64,000 nucleotides of DNA, from contig NW_025765003.1 in NCBI RefSeq assembly GCF_003918875.1, positions 4,588,001 to 4,652,000 on the forward strand, written 5' to 3'. The translations under genes were made by a program, and so were the position numbers. This document shows, one piece after another, positions 38,401-51,391 of this stretch. The DNA is from Haliotis rubra (taxonomy: Eukaryota). Positions within the stretch are counted from its first letter, which is position 1. Each line of letters begins with the position of its first letter. Under the pieces are notes generated by a model. That model was not told where the DNA came from and searched no databases. It worked only from the letters and a program-made list of their open reading frames with translations.

Positions 38401-41400
38401 CTGGGTTATTTCCACCCCTGATACATATACATATCTGCACATACCATGTTCCAGTAGAGTACTTACAGGTAGTGTGTTGTATGGGGACGTACTGCCCTCT
38501 TGTCTAAGGTGCTGTAATTTGCACTGTAGAGTTGCTTCCCTTACATGTGATACAATCCAGCGATCATGTGTTCAGTTCCAAACTAAACTCACTGACTGAC
38601 CCACACTATTTGGTGGCAGATACTCACTGTTGCCAGGTGCTTGTGTGCTGAGCTGGCCAGATCGTACATGACATCTTTCACTGCCTGCTCATCTCTGCCT
38701 CGGATGATCTTCTCCTGGGATACCTTGTGCTGGGAACAGATGATTGTGACTGGTGAGTGATATACATACTGCAGGTGGCTGGGCCTGGAGCAAGCGAACC
38801 AGTCACCAATGTGTCTTGGATTTAAACTCCACCTGGGTATAGTGTCACATTTCATTTCATGAAGTGCTCAGGGATGATATAACCTACATTAACAATCATA
38901 CCTAGGGGTAGATAAACCTGACTCCTATTGGCATGGTCTACCTTAACAATCACAACTCAGGTGAGATACACCTGACATCTTCTGGCACTATCTAACAATA
39001 ACATCTATGGCATGATACACCTGACACCTGGCATTGTCTACCTTAACAATCACACCCCTGGTCAGATACACCCAATATCTTTTGGCATTGTCTGACTTAA
39101 CAATCAGGTCTAGGTGCAGATACACCTGATCCCTTCTGGCATTGCTTACCTTAACAATCAGATCAAGAGGTAGATACACCCGACTACTGCTGGCATGGTA
39201 TTGTGTTGAACGTACCAGTGTGACCAGGCCTTGAGTCTTATCAACATAACTTACCTTAACAATCAGATCAACAGGTAAATACACTCGACACCTGCTGGCA
39301 TGGCTTACCTTAACAAACAGATCTAGAGGTAGATACACCCGACTCCTACTGGCATGGTATGGTGTTGAACGTAGCAGTGTGACCAGGCCCTGAGTCTTAT
39401 CAACAGAACTTACCTTAACAATCAGATCTACAGGTAAATACACTCAACACCTGCTGGCATGGCTTACCTTAACAATCAGATCTAGAGGTAAATACACCCG
39501 ACTCCTACTGGCATGGTATGGTGCTAAACGTAGCAGTGTAACCAGGCCCTGAGTCTTATCAACAGAACTTACCTTAACAATCAGATCTACAGGTAAATAC
39601 ACTCAACACCTGCTGGCATGGCTTACCTTAACAATCAGATCTAGAGGTAAATACACCCGACTCCTACTGGCATGGTATGGTGCTAAACGTAGCAGTGTAA
39701 CCAGGCCCTGAGTCTTATCAACATAACTTACCTTAACAATCAGATCTACAGGTAAATACACTCAACACCTGCTGGCATGGCTTACCTTAACAATCAGATC
39801 TAGAGGTAAATACACCCGACTCCTACTGGCATGGTATGGTGCTAAACGTAGCAGTGTAACCAGGCCCTGAGTCTTATCAACATAACTTACCTTAACAATC
39901 AGATCTACAGGTAAATACACTCAACACCTGCTGGCATGGCTTACCTTAACAATCAGATCTAGAGGTAAATACACCCGACTCCTGCTAGCATGGTATGGTG
40001 TTGAACGTAGCAGTGTGACCAGGCCCTGAGTCTTGCCAATGTGACTGGCAGCATGATCAGCATGTACATTCTTTATTCCTTGAAGAAAACATAGTACAAA
40101 TATTGTTGCCATTGTAGTTCACATGATAGCACTACAGTTGCCTTGTATCCCTAATGACAACTGGAGTACAACATGCATGTGTCAGAGTATATTTTGTGCA
40201 ACACAATAAGGTATCCTAATTATGAAAACAATATCTCAGATTACTATAATTACACAGACAAAATGTAACAAATCAATTGCTTCCACAAGTCTCAGTTCAA
40301 CATGATATATTACAACATCTGGAACTGGACTAGACACTAGCTAGCCTGTGGACCTGTAAAGATCCGGGTTAGAATTGATCTTCACCAACCCATGCTTGTC
40401 GTAAAAGGCGACTAACAGGATTTGGTAGGTCTGGATCGCTGACTTAATTGAAACATGACATTGTATCCCAATTGCGTAGGTCTATGCTCATGCTGTTTAT
40501 CACTGGATTGTCTGGTCCTGACTCAATTATTTACAGACCGTCGCCATATAGCTGGAATACTGCTGAGTGCGGCGTTAAACAACAAACCAACCAAGCTAGC
40601 CTGTGGGAAGAGCCTCCCTTTCACCATTGTGAAGGTGAAGGTCAGCCTCCTGGTTTATGTCCGCCCATCTCACCGAGACACTCCAGGAGCAGGTACATGA
40701 TGGAAGACACAGTGTTCTCAGCATACGCCTCCACCTCCGCAGTGTTCCTGTAGCCCTGGTCTGACAGGTTATCTGCCTGCAACAGACAAACTCATATCAG
40801 AAATGGGCCTTTAACGCACAAAATCATGTCATACTTCTCATCAATGCACACACAAACAGACATTATACACAGTGCCTGCAACACGACAGCAGCGAACCCG
40901 TGTGCAAATCGCGATTATGTCGGAAAGCGCATGTTACCTGCACCATACAAACATACATCATACATGTCACTTGCCACTATTATCTACAAATGGTTGTACA
41001 ATATCCTACCCTTGCTTCTATGATCCGTGTCAGCCATTTCCTTGTCAGTTTGAAGTGATGAATAGCCTGAAACGCAGAACATATAAACTAGCCCAGAGCT
41101 ACAGATAACTTTTTGGGTCATTGAGTTATGTACTCCCTTGTGTTCATCTCAATTGGGTATCCTAATTTTCCTTTGAGTAACCAAATAAATTGTACTCACC
41201 TCAATCAAACTCATTTGGGTATTTTGCCATTTTCCATTAATTTTAAAAATGTAATTTTTAGAGTAAAATTGATATTTTATACTTATCCTGACTCATGCTC
41301 ATTTGCTTGTCTTCTTCTTCTTGCGAACATAGTGGAAACACTTGTATCTCCTTAATTGAAGCTCCCTTCAATGTAAAATCACTAATTAGTACTCACCACG

Positions 41401-44400
41401 AGTTGCTCCCCTTTAATCCCTTTTGGCGGGAAAGGTGTCGCCACCTTACACCTCGTGCTTCACTCTCTCCTGATTTTGCGAGCCCAACACTTGAATTTAC
41501 AGGGAAATCCAAAGTGTTATGTGGGGAGGATGGGAGGGCTGACCTCATGAGTCAGGATAAGTATAAAATATCAATTTTACTCTAAAAATTACATATTTTT
41601 CCTTATCCTGACTCATGCTCTTTTGCTTGTAGAATCCTACGGAACGGAGGAGGGAGTAATAGAATACTTTGGATTTATAATTAGTGATTTTGTATAAATA
41701 TAACTGTAATAACTGGTATGGGAACTTCATGAAGGCATTGACTTAGGATATTTCCTGTATATAAACCATAGGTTATATAATGCCATAATTGGGTATTACA
41801 TTGATATATATTGAAAAAAACATTACGTATATTATATATATATATAAGTGACTCTGATAGAGTCGCTGTACAACTAAAAATAATATCCATATATACTTAG
41901 GGGTGAAAGACCTAAGCTAAATATATATACATAGCTCTAGAACTCCTTAGAGTTATAAGCTAGCTAAATTATGTATATAATACATATTAAACTTGTGATG
42001 GTAATATTTTAACGCCTACGAGGGACTGTCAGCTGTTGAGCGAGGACCAAAGGGCCGAAATGGTGAATGCCAGAGACATCTTCTGTGGTGATGTCTCTAG
42101 CAGAACACCAGACGGTAGGGGGTCGATCGCCAGCAGCTGACTAGATGGAGTATCTGGAGTATCAGCCATATTTAGCCCTTGTTTGCGTGACCTATCTGCA
42201 GCACGTCTTAAGACGCAAAGATAGTATTTATTAAATGCAGAATTAGATAAATCCATGCAATAACTGCAACGTGAATCAAACGCACACGGCGTAGAACAAC
42301 TAGGGCATATTACATGCGGATCTGAGGCAGAAAAACGTAATCTACAAATAGTACAGATTTTCATCAACGTAATACTAGCTGAACAATCACGAATACACGT
42401 GAATAAACAGTAGAAATACGATAAATAATCAATACAAATTACTGAAGGATACTAGCTATACCTCTATAGTACACTATAAGAAGTAATAAACTAAGAAAAA
42501 TCAAAGGATATGTTGTGTAAGGAGACACAGGCGCTCTAGCATCCTGCTCACTGGGCGAAGAAGGAGAGAGTGAAGCACGAGGTGTAAGGTGGCGACACCT
42601 TTCCCGCCAAAAGGGATTAAAGGGGAGCAACTCGTGGTGAGTACTAATTAGTGATTTTACATTGAAGGGAGCTTCAATTAAGGAGATACAAGTGTTTCCA
42701 CTATGTTCGCAAGAAGAAGAAGACAAGCAAAAGAGCATGAGTCAGGATAAGGAAAAATATATAATATAGCTTAAATAATAGTGTTTGTGATTTACCTTTG
42801 ATATCTAATATGAGAAACGATAAGAAAGACTGCAATATGTCAAGCTCATGTCCTAAAATAGAGCCTCTCAATATGTCAGCTATTTTATCTATCCACCGGT
42901 ACGCAAGCTACGACTTGACATTTTTGTGTGTACGCATGTAAGATCACATTTATTGAGTATTTACACAACTTCAAGCGTACTTGTACGCAATAGACTTAAT
43001 GGGAATTGGGTTTTCAGATAAATGTTTGCGTAATTTACGCAGATACGCAGCTTATCTGTACCTCTGTAGCCTTCGATACTGGTTACACGTGCTGCCTCAC
43101 CTACAGCTCACACCGTTTGACATCACAATGAGATGAAGATGTAACACAGCAGTATGAATGAGAGAGTCTTCAGACTAATGTGATGCTTTTATACAGTATC
43201 GTGACAAGAACAAGATTGAGCTTTACACCATGAAGGGAACAGAACCCAGGTCCATATTTTGACAAGCAACCACTGGACTACCCGACCTCACCTTACCAGC
43301 AAGAATCTCACGAACTGCTGGTAATGGAACAGAATCTCTTCAGGAACACAGATAATTCAAAACATAACAAGATGGCAACAAAAACTAGTATCAAGTCGTG
43401 ATTATATGAAACTTTACATACAGTTCTAGCATCAGTGAGCACTGTTACGTCTCACAGCAGGTTTTCCATTCCCTACATCTAAAAATTACCCAGTTAAAAT
43501 AAAAGATCTTTTACCTGTATGAAATACCTCTCTGTATTCAAGTTTTAGCATAAGGTGAATCATAATTAATTTTTAACACCTAATCCAAATGCAGGATGAA
43601 TAGGTTTTGAGCCCATCAGGTGTTTGCTTGCTAAACCAACTGACTTCAGTCTTTACCAACTCAAATAATAAATTTCGAATTGTACAAATGAAACCAAACA
43701 AGACTACAAATTTTCTTTCGGTTTTGCTCCTTGTTGGAAGCAGACGCCATGGCTCACAGAAGCATTGGGGTGCATAAAATATCAACAAGATAATGCAGTA
43801 GCTACATTCATATCTACGTTCAGGGCCTGTTGTTTTAGTACATATAAAGAAATCAGTGAGCTGGTCTGAATGCTTTGCTCACTCATAACAAGAATTAACA
43901 AGCATTGTCACTAAGGTGACATAATTATCAAATCAAACTTATAAAGTAATGAAAGCTTAAGATGAAGGTAAATGTCAACAAAAACATGACCAGTCAACCT
44001 CTCTTGATATCTTGCTCTTTAGTTGTTCAAACACACACATATTTTCAAGACTGACTTTGACCTTGACATGAATGTCATAGTGTATGAAATATGCAAAAAT
44101 AGTACTAAAGAAATTGCTTATTGAAAAACATTCAAGGGAAGTCTTGAAAGTCTATGAAGAAAATCCAGTGAACCGTTCTTGAAATATCTTGCTGACAATT
44201 CAGGTCGAAATCTTTGTCGTGACCCTGAAAATTATGTGAAGGTCACCAAAATTGACTGAGCCCTGGGCCTTCCCTAGATGAAGCTTGGTGTCAAATATGA
44301 AGAAAATCCTGTAAATATTTTTTGCGATATCTTGCTGACTATCTTAACATGCAATTTAACATGCTGAAATCTTCAAAGTGTCTCTGTGACCTTGAAAATT

Positions 44401-47400
44401 AAGTGAAGGTCACCAAAATTGACTGGGCTCTGCGCCTTCCCTAGATAAAGCTTGGAGTCAAATATGAAGAAAATCCAGTGAAAGGTTCTTGAGATAGCTT
44501 AACATGCAGGTTTACATGCTGAAATCTGCAAAGTGTCACCATGACCTCGAAAATTAGGTGAAGGCCACCAAAATCGACTGGGCCCTGCACTTTCCCTGCA
44601 CTAAAGCTTGGTATTGAATATGAAGAAAATCCAGTGAACGGTTCTTGAGATAGCTTAACATGCTGGTAAAACGTTAAAGTCCCCTTGTCAAGGTCACCAA
44701 ACCTGACTTGGACCTTTCTTATACTGTGATGAAGCCAGGTACCAAATATGAAAAGAATCTAGTCAACGGTTCTTAAGATATTCCAATTCATACGTATGGA
44801 CGGACGGAGCCTAATACTATACACACTGGTGCGAAAGTTCACCTGAGAGGACCTCTAATAGGAGCGTCCTTAGTTCTTCATACAGAGAAGTACTATATTG
44901 TAGCGAAATAGTTCTTAATGAGATTGATGTTGAATTGAAATACTGCAAACAATCGTCACTTGAATAAAAGCCCCAGTAGATTGCTGTCTAAAGGCTGTGA
45001 CAGCTGTCAGCACCATAGAGAGAGACACAAGAGACACTTACACCTGCCAACTCGGTTGCCACGGGTGTCTTGGGGGGTGAGCCCTGGAACAGACAGAACA
45101 TCTCCATGAACTGTATGTCAGTGTGGTCCAAGGCCACTGATAGACACTGATAAATCAAAGGTTGATAATTTGGGTAACAATGTAACAATAGATACAATAG
45201 AGCTAGGAGCTAGGGCCTAGATTTTCTAAGCTCTCTTAGCGCTAAGATAGTCATACGTACCATACATTAACATTAACTTACGACTATCTTAGCGGTAAGA
45301 CAGCTTCGAAAATCTAGGCCCAGGTTACAGCTGGGAACCTACTAGAAGTCACAGTCCCGTTTTAGTCAAGACAGCTATTAATTTCGTATTCCCCTGTCTT
45401 GTACTCCAGCCACTAGTCTGACACCTGAATCTCGTAAAATTCTGTTTGGTCAAGTAAGCTCAGGTTAAAACAACTCATATTTGAACACTAATATCCACTG
45501 AAATTGAAGCTAAGTCATCCTGTAGGCTCAAGAGTTTTGCGGCTTCCCATCTTTAAATGGCATGGCATGGCTACATGAGAATCAATTGCAGATATAGTGA
45601 CTCACTGAATGTCTGACCACTCGATCATGTTGGTCGCCTCTTATGACAAGCATTCCTTACTAAAGACAGATTCTAATGTATACTAGGTTTGTGCTGTAAC
45701 ATGACAAAGGATATAGTTACAGCTCTGGAATCTATGGCCCAAACACTCTCACTAGTGCTCATATGTTTAAGAGGATTCACAGATAGGTTTATTAACATAC
45801 TCCAAGGGAGGTTTGAAAGAAAGGTCAGTGCACTGATCTGTTTACTGATTTTGTTTTTTGTTGCTTGTTGCTTAACACCGCACTCAGCAATATTTCAGCT
45901 ATATATGGCATCAGTCTGTAAATAATCAAGTCTGGATCAGACAATCCAGATCAACAGCATGAGCATCGATTTACGCAATTGGGATACGATGACGTGTGTC
46001 AACCAAGTCAGCAAGTGTAACTACCTGATCCCATTAGTCGCCTCTTATGACAAGCGCGGGTTGTTGAGGTAATAACAGTGGTAGGTCTATGAGCATGCTT
46101 CAAATTATGGACTTTGGCATATATCAAATATTCTTACATTCTTCTGTTACACTTTTGAAGAGTTAAATGCATGAATCATCACACAGGACCTAAATCTTAC
46201 CTTATAAATGTGATCTATGCTGTCTTTCCAGAACTGCATTCTCAATATTCCCCTCTGCTTGTCTGACACAGTCTCCCGAACCTTCACATAGGAAAACTCA
46301 GTGATATATTGACAATACACTACTCAGAAGAGTTAAGGATTTTTCCATTCTTCATATTACTGTCATTAATCAGTATGACAGATTAACTACAGTATTACTA
46401 AAGATTTGGATGCACCTTAATTTCTTTTGAGAATTATATACTCTCTGAAGTGTTATTGTTTTTTTATGTTATACACCATAGAGACATGAGCAGGAATGGT
46501 TATTCCCACTTGTCATGAGGATTATTAATGCACTACATATAGTCTACTCTACAGTTACCTTATATAACTCCTGAAAAACATGACCCTTATATCAATCTGT
46601 TTCCCCTTCATCACAATTCCAACAAAACTACAGGTGTTATATCCTATATCAACAAGTGACTAACTTTACCTGTGCCAGCTCAACATTGAATGCCCTCAGA
46701 GCGAGCGCTGCTCTCTGTGTAGCTCCAGGCAGCAGTAGACAGCACAGGTAGTTCTCATAGTCATGCTTTCTGTGAACATGGACAAACTTCTCAGGGACAG
46801 TCATTTACCCCAGGGTGGTGGGCCAAAGTTTTTAGATTCAATTATGTGCTTGAAATAATAATACTCCCCTTAGGCTTGTCAGTTCTATTTAAAACCCTTC
46901 TCATGTCCTTTTACATTTTTTTCACACGACATTCCAAAATTATGAGCATTTTTTTATGGATATGTATATGAGCAGGGACACAGTGCGAGGATGCACCAAA
47001 TATATTGACTCTTTAATTTACCAATGTTTGATTCCAAATTATAAATAATCCAATAATGAGTTCAGATCGAGCTTGTGTCATACTTCAAGATTAAGTGGTG
47101 AGATGCAGAGTGTCTCTGCAAGTAGGAATCCCCTTCCGAACAGACTCTAATGTATGATTTCCACCAAAAGCGTATGAAAACTGCCGTACTCTTTACAAGA
47201 GGAGTAAATGGAATACTGTGTAAAGGCGCCGTCTGAACTATAACAATATTGAGCAAGTCACACATAAGCAAAACACATTTGAAACCCCTGTCATATTGAT
47301 ATCTTGGACATCTCTAAATACTGGAGGAGATTTTACGAATGTTTCTGTGATTTACGTCCGAAAAAGTGGATGTCACAACGCACCGAACAAGTTCTTTACA

Positions 47401-47556
47401 GAATGTCCTATGGTCTAAGGTATTTGTGCTCATCGCAACACGGGATTTTCCTGTGTCTCTCCTCCTCGCATCCTTTCCCGACACAGCAATCGTAGAAAGA
47501 CTGCGACATTGTTTGTATGTGATCAGGAGCCGACACCATGTGAGTTTGACGGTCAT
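35331..47556 (-). CDS. NDUFAF6: NADH:ubiquinone oxidoreductase complex assembly factor 6 (squalene/phytoene synthase fold), 10 exons, about 325 aa
   Basis: GT-AG exons 47556-47384, 46769-46670, 46281-46201, 45083-45042, 41066-41010, 40776-40674, 40078-39945, 38729-38628, 37693-37637, 35459-35331 total 978 nt with consistent phases. Peptides [80 protein letters not shown]. Confidence 0.95.
35550..37252. repeat. Purine/G-rich minisatellite (26-bp ggatagtggtgaggatggtggacaat and 19-bp variants) in NDUFAF6 intron 9
   Basis: About 1.7 kb of visible tandem units; source of the spurious His/Pro/Ser ORFs. Confidence 0.95.
37637..37693 (-). CDS. NDUFAF6: NDUFAF6 exon 9
   Basis: [19 protein letters not shown]; cag|...|gtgagt. 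Confidence 0.9.
37830..38000 (-). mobile_element. SINE family A, degenerate
   Basis: Family-A consensus with mismatches. Confidence 0.7.
38628..38729 (-). CDS. NDUFAF6: NDUFAF6 exon 8
   Basis: [34 protein letters not shown]; cag|...|gtgagt. Confidence 0.92.
38880..39944 (-). repeat. Tandem array of copies of the NDUFAF6 exon-7 3' end plus splice donor (159-bp period = 54+105)
   Basis: Repeated ...ctgattgttaag|gtaag; translates as [30 protein letters not shown]. Confidence 0.92.
39945..40078 (-). CDS. NDUFAF6: NDUFAF6 exon 7
   Basis: [45 protein letters not shown]. Confidence 0.92.
40352..40593 (+). mobile_element. SINE family B, full length
   Basis: 13-bp TSD agctagcctgtgg (40339-40351 and 40594-40606). 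Confidence 0.9.
40674..40776 (-). CDS. NDUFAF6: NDUFAF6 exon 6
   Basis: [34 protein letters not shown](G). Confidence 0.92.
41010..41066 (-). CDS. NDUFAF6: NDUFAF6 exon 5
   Basis: [19 protein letters not shown]. Confidence 0.9.
41249..42760 (-). mobile_element. Miniature non-autonomous DIRS1-type (tyrosine-recombinase retrotransposon) element
   Basis: About 190-bp inverted terminal repeats (41283-41470 and 42562-42760), a terminal extension 41249-41282, and an internal complementary region 41546-41630 that joins both ends. Gag-like Zn-finger ORF 42367-42029. Confidence 0.82.
42029..42367 (-). CDS. Truncated DIRS1 Gag-like zinc-finger ORF
   Basis: CxxC...DPHxxCxxC...C...CxxC ([33 protein letters not shown]), just downstream of the 5' ITR. 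Confidence 0.65.
   Translation of the reverse strand: MMKICTICRLRFSASDPHVICPSCSTPCAFDSRCSYCMDLSNSAFNKYYLCVLRRAADRSRKQGLNMADTPDTPSSQLLAIDPLPSGVLLETSPQKMSLAFTISALWSSLNS
43897..44860 (+). mobile_element. Core-repeat non-autonomous element (Helentron/pearl-like MITE) with about 150-bp tandem cores
   Basis: Starts aacaag. Four or five cores aaatatgaagaaaatcc...gaccttgaaaatt...aaggtcaccaaa, then a (ggac)n microsatellite near the 3' end. Confidence 0.6.
45042..45083 (-). CDS. NDUFAF6: NDUFAF6 exon 4
   Basis: [14 protein letters not shown]; cag|...|gtaagt. Confidence 0.88.
45212..45322. mobile_element. About 110-bp palindromic MITE (related copies near 3437, 18557, 49771, 51010)
   Basis: gggcctagattttctaagct...cttagcgctaagatagtc / gactatcttagcggtaag...agcttcgaaaatctaggccc. 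Confidence 0.75.
45855..46050 (-). mobile_element. SINE family B
   Basis: Family-B body. Confidence 0.75.
46201..46281 (-). CDS. NDUFAF6: NDUFAF6 exon 3
   Basis: [27 protein letters not shown]. Confidence 0.92.
46670..46769 (-). CDS. NDUFAF6: NDUFAF6 exon 2
   Basis: (R)[33 protein letters not shown]. Confidence 0.93.
47384..47556 (-). CDS. NDUFAF6: NDUFAF6 exon 1 (mitochondrial presequence)
   Basis: [24 protein letters not shown]...FCKELV(R); basic Ser/Thr-rich leader; phase-2 donor cg|gtgcgt. Confidence 0.82.
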
Positions 47557-47889
47557 CTCTTGCCGCTGAAGTGTCCACAAGGGCAGGTAACTCTAATATT
47601 CACACCGAACCAGACTTTCAAAGAGAATATTCACTTTTGAGTTCAAATCGCAGAAACCTCTGATGTTCGGTCGTTTTACACGAATGTTATTTTGTTCACT
47701 TTGGGCATCGGCAAGGGAGGGATTGCAAACAGCAGTTTATTCACAGCTTAAAGAAATAAAAATACAGAATACCTGATTGTTTCATTCATTTCACTACTAA
47801 AGTTAAAGACATAAATATATATACTCTGTATAGATACGTCTTTGCTAAAGTTAACATGACAGACATGGCAGTTTAACTATAATGATATG

Positions 47890-48100
47890 ATTGGTTGGTT
47901 GGTTTGTTGTTTAACGCCGCACTCAGCAATATTCCAGCTATATTGCGGCGGTCTGTAAAGAATTGAGTCTGGAGTCTGGACTAGACAATCCAATGATCAA
48001 CATCATGAGCATCGTTCTACACAATTGGGATACGATGACCTGTGTCAACCAAGTGTCAACCTTATCACCAGATCCAATGAGTAATGGGTTACTGAAGACC
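47890..48100 (-). mobile_element. SINE family B, degenerate
   Basis: Family-B body with (aacc)n tail. Confidence 0.7.
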
Positions 48101-48905
48101 AATATGAAAGAATCTGTGTTCTTCAACTTATTTTAAGTAATATACAATAGGGTTATCTGTAAACAATCACCCCTGGCATACTGTTGTTTTCAGCATGGAC
48201 AGTGATATTTGCCATCATAAGGCTTTCTTGTACCATACGTCATTTCAGTTGGCAAGCAAGCAAATTGATTCACAGCAGCTAATGAGCCCTATTGGGCAGC
48301 GTTTGACAGCAATTCAAAGTTAGAGCGTTGTTCCCCTTTATAGTCTATCAGTAATCAGTGCCTCATCTGTGGCGAAGTCATGAGCCACAAATCAGACAAA
48401 GTTAAGCAATCTCGGCTGAGGAAACCATGTTCAGCATCATGAATCACTGGCCGAGAAATACCAATGTTGTACCTTGAGCAGACATTGTATATTGAGTAAG
48501 GTGCTTCAAAAGCCTACTTGTAATTATCGTTGCTGTTAGAATGTTTTTTAGCTCGTCAAGTTTAACCCAAATACATTAAATTCCTTTTTGTTTGTAATTA
48601 AAACTTTCACGACAAAAATCCTTTCAACAGTTCGAGTCAAAGGGGGTTGAATTGGAAGCTTTATTACGTAATTTTGAAGCTCAACATAGGAACTACATCG
48701 TTATCTTTTTTAAATGTTTTAGCGGAAATTTCTCTGTATTCTGATGCATACATTTTTCCTGTACTGACGTACCATAAATTATTGTTAAATGGGATTTGAA
48801 ACCCTTTAATTCTTTTGGCCAGTTTTTGTGATCCATTCGTGTTGTTTTTATTACTGTTTTGTCTTCTTGCCTCATTGGGAATGTTTCTGTGGATGGTCAG
48901 GTCTT

Positions 48906-49073
48906 GACTGACTGACTGAGTTTGGTTTTACGCCGCTTTTAGCAATATTCCAGCAACATCACGGCGGGGGACACCAGAAATGGGCTTCACACATTGTACC
49001 CATGTGGGGATTCGAACCCGGGTCTTCGGCGTGACGAGCCAACGCTTTAACCACTAGGCTACCCCACCGCCCC
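48906..49073 (-). mobile_element. SINE family A, near-consensus
   Basis: Nearly identical to the copy at 2382-2550. Confidence 0.9.
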
Positions 49074-50294
49074 TGATATGATATGATATGATATGATATG
49101 ACATTAAATAGCATATGTAATAGCACATACTTCACAAATGTAAATCACCAAGCACGTAATGCTCTTGTGCAGTTGATACAGTTCATACCAGTCTAATATT
49201 GGTAGAGTGGATAATGTTTTCCTATTATTTGCCAGTTATAATTGAATTTATTTATTATTATATTGTTGACTTTATTTGTCAGGTCTGTTTTGGAGTAAGG
49301 TATTTTTATTTTGTGTTTTTAGTAGAGTCCAAGTTTGGCAGCTTGGTCTGCCATTTCGTTGCCATGGACTCCGATAGTTCTGCTGTAAAGATACTGGAGT
49401 TTGCTGGGAGATTATAGAATTGTTTAAGGCTTTTGGGGGGTATGTAGATGCCACAATGAGTACCTGCCCAACAAAATCAAACATAAGAGGAAGTGACCAA
49501 TTTAAGCCAGTTCTCTGAAACAACATTTAGCAGACTTCATTCCATTGTTAAATAAACAACGTCACTGGGGAGCCTGTAACAACTGGCAGCGGTGGGAGGA
49601 ACTGCTCAGAAAACATCATATTATCACCTGTCAACTCAAAAATAAACACAGAGGGTGTTTTATCCTATGGGCAGAACAGACGGACGAACGGAGAAATTTG
49701 CAAGGGCTTTTTGTGAAGGAACGGGACAAAACGTCCATTTTCCAGTAACATCAAAATGTCAAGACCTATCAGGGTGCCGTTGTACAAAACGATCTTAGAC
49801 CTAAGGTGACAGTAACTCCCATATCTTAACACAGACTTTGCTCTATGGTTGTTTTGTACAACGGTACCCTGCTGTACCGACAAATGGGTAAAACCAGGCA
49901 TATGCAGATGTTTCCCTCAATTTTCCATAGCCGACTTCATTCTTTGTGCCCTTATGTTCCCGAAGTCATTGTGTAAGTCACAGGGAACCTTCATTTTGTT
50001 TCAAAAGGGTTTATTGCAATCACTTTATACTCTCATGTTGAGACAAGTGTGCGCGATGATAGTTTTAGGTAAGTTTCATAATTAATATTCAAGCAGTATC
50101 TTGGTAGAAGTGCCAGAAATGATCTTCATCTATAGTACCCATATTGGGAAATAATTCAAGGGCACCCTTCTGACATTAAATTTACCTAAAATGACTAATA
50201 TAATTTCCAATGCTATGAAACCTTGTTCTGAACATTAGTAAGAAGAAATTTTAATATTTTAATCTCTGGTATCAGCTGATCAATGTTCAATATT

Positions 50295-50447
50295 GAGTGA
50301 GTGAGTATGGTTTTACACCGCTTTTAGCAACATTCCGGCAATATCACCAGAAATGGGCTACACACATTGTACCCATGTGGGGTGTCGAACCCGGGTCTTC
50401 AGCATGACGAGCAGACGCTTTAACCACTAGGCTACCCCACCGCCCCC
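50295..50447 (-). mobile_element. SINE family A
   Basis: Family-A consensus; TSD-like caatg(t/c)tcaata. Confidence 0.82.
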
Positions 50448-51391
50448 AATGCTCAATAAGAAAGCTACCCTACAATGTTAACCTAATCTCCCAATGCTCA
50501 GGAAATAAGAAACTGACCCTGCACTATCAATGTTAACTGTTAATCAGCAGACAGTTAGACAGGAAATGGTTTTTGCAGTTAATTTCCAAACCCTGCACTA
50601 TCACGTACCCATGTGGGGATTCGAACTCGGTCTTTAGACGCTTTAACCAAGGCATCCTCCCTGGACAGTTAGAAGTGATGCAGATAGGTTTGAGGCAGTG
50701 AGTGGGTAGGGTTTTACATTATGTACTGATAACATCACAGCACAGGAGATCAGGGTTAGAATTAGTCTTCAGCAACCCATGCTTGGCAACTAATGGGATC
50801 AGGTGGTCAAACAGGTGGATGCATGTCATCATGTCCCAGCTGTGGAGATGGTTGCTCGTGATGTCAATGATAGGATTAGAGACCGCCATCATTAAACTGG
50901 AATATTGCATAAGGCATTAAATAACGAGGGCACTATTACTGGTCTTCCCTAATTGTATTCATGTACAGCATCAAACACAGCCTTCATCATCACAAAGGCT
51001 TAAACAACCTGGTCCCAATCCACAAAGCATTTGACGTTATGCAACTCTATAGTTTCCCATTAGCCTATGAATGTCGTAGCACTAAGAATGTGTTGTGGAT
51101 TGTGACCCTGGACTAGTAGATTATTCACCAGTCCAGGCAGATGTCGTCCATTCATGACAACTACAATACAACCACAATTTATTCATTGTTTTTATTTTAT
51201 AACATAGAATAAATATGTCATGAAACGAAAACACTCACAAGTATACCCTCAGCCTCTTTGCTGACAATGGAATTACCAAGCATTTCTATACTTGTAATCA
51301 ACAATCTCATAACAATGTCTTATGGAGAAAAACACCCTCTGTGTGGGCCAGTCAGTGAGATGGGCTTGTGGCTGTAAAAAGTTACCTCATG

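Noticed and set aside
38988-39443. 151-aa ORF resembling NDUFAF6 as a separate paralogue
   Set aside because: It consists of duplicated exon-7 ends without an acceptor or a real start; treated as a repeat array.
42796-42852. 57-nt AG/GT-bounded candidate for NDUFAF6 exon 5
   Set aside because: It has an in-frame stop and no similarity; the true exon is 41066-41010.
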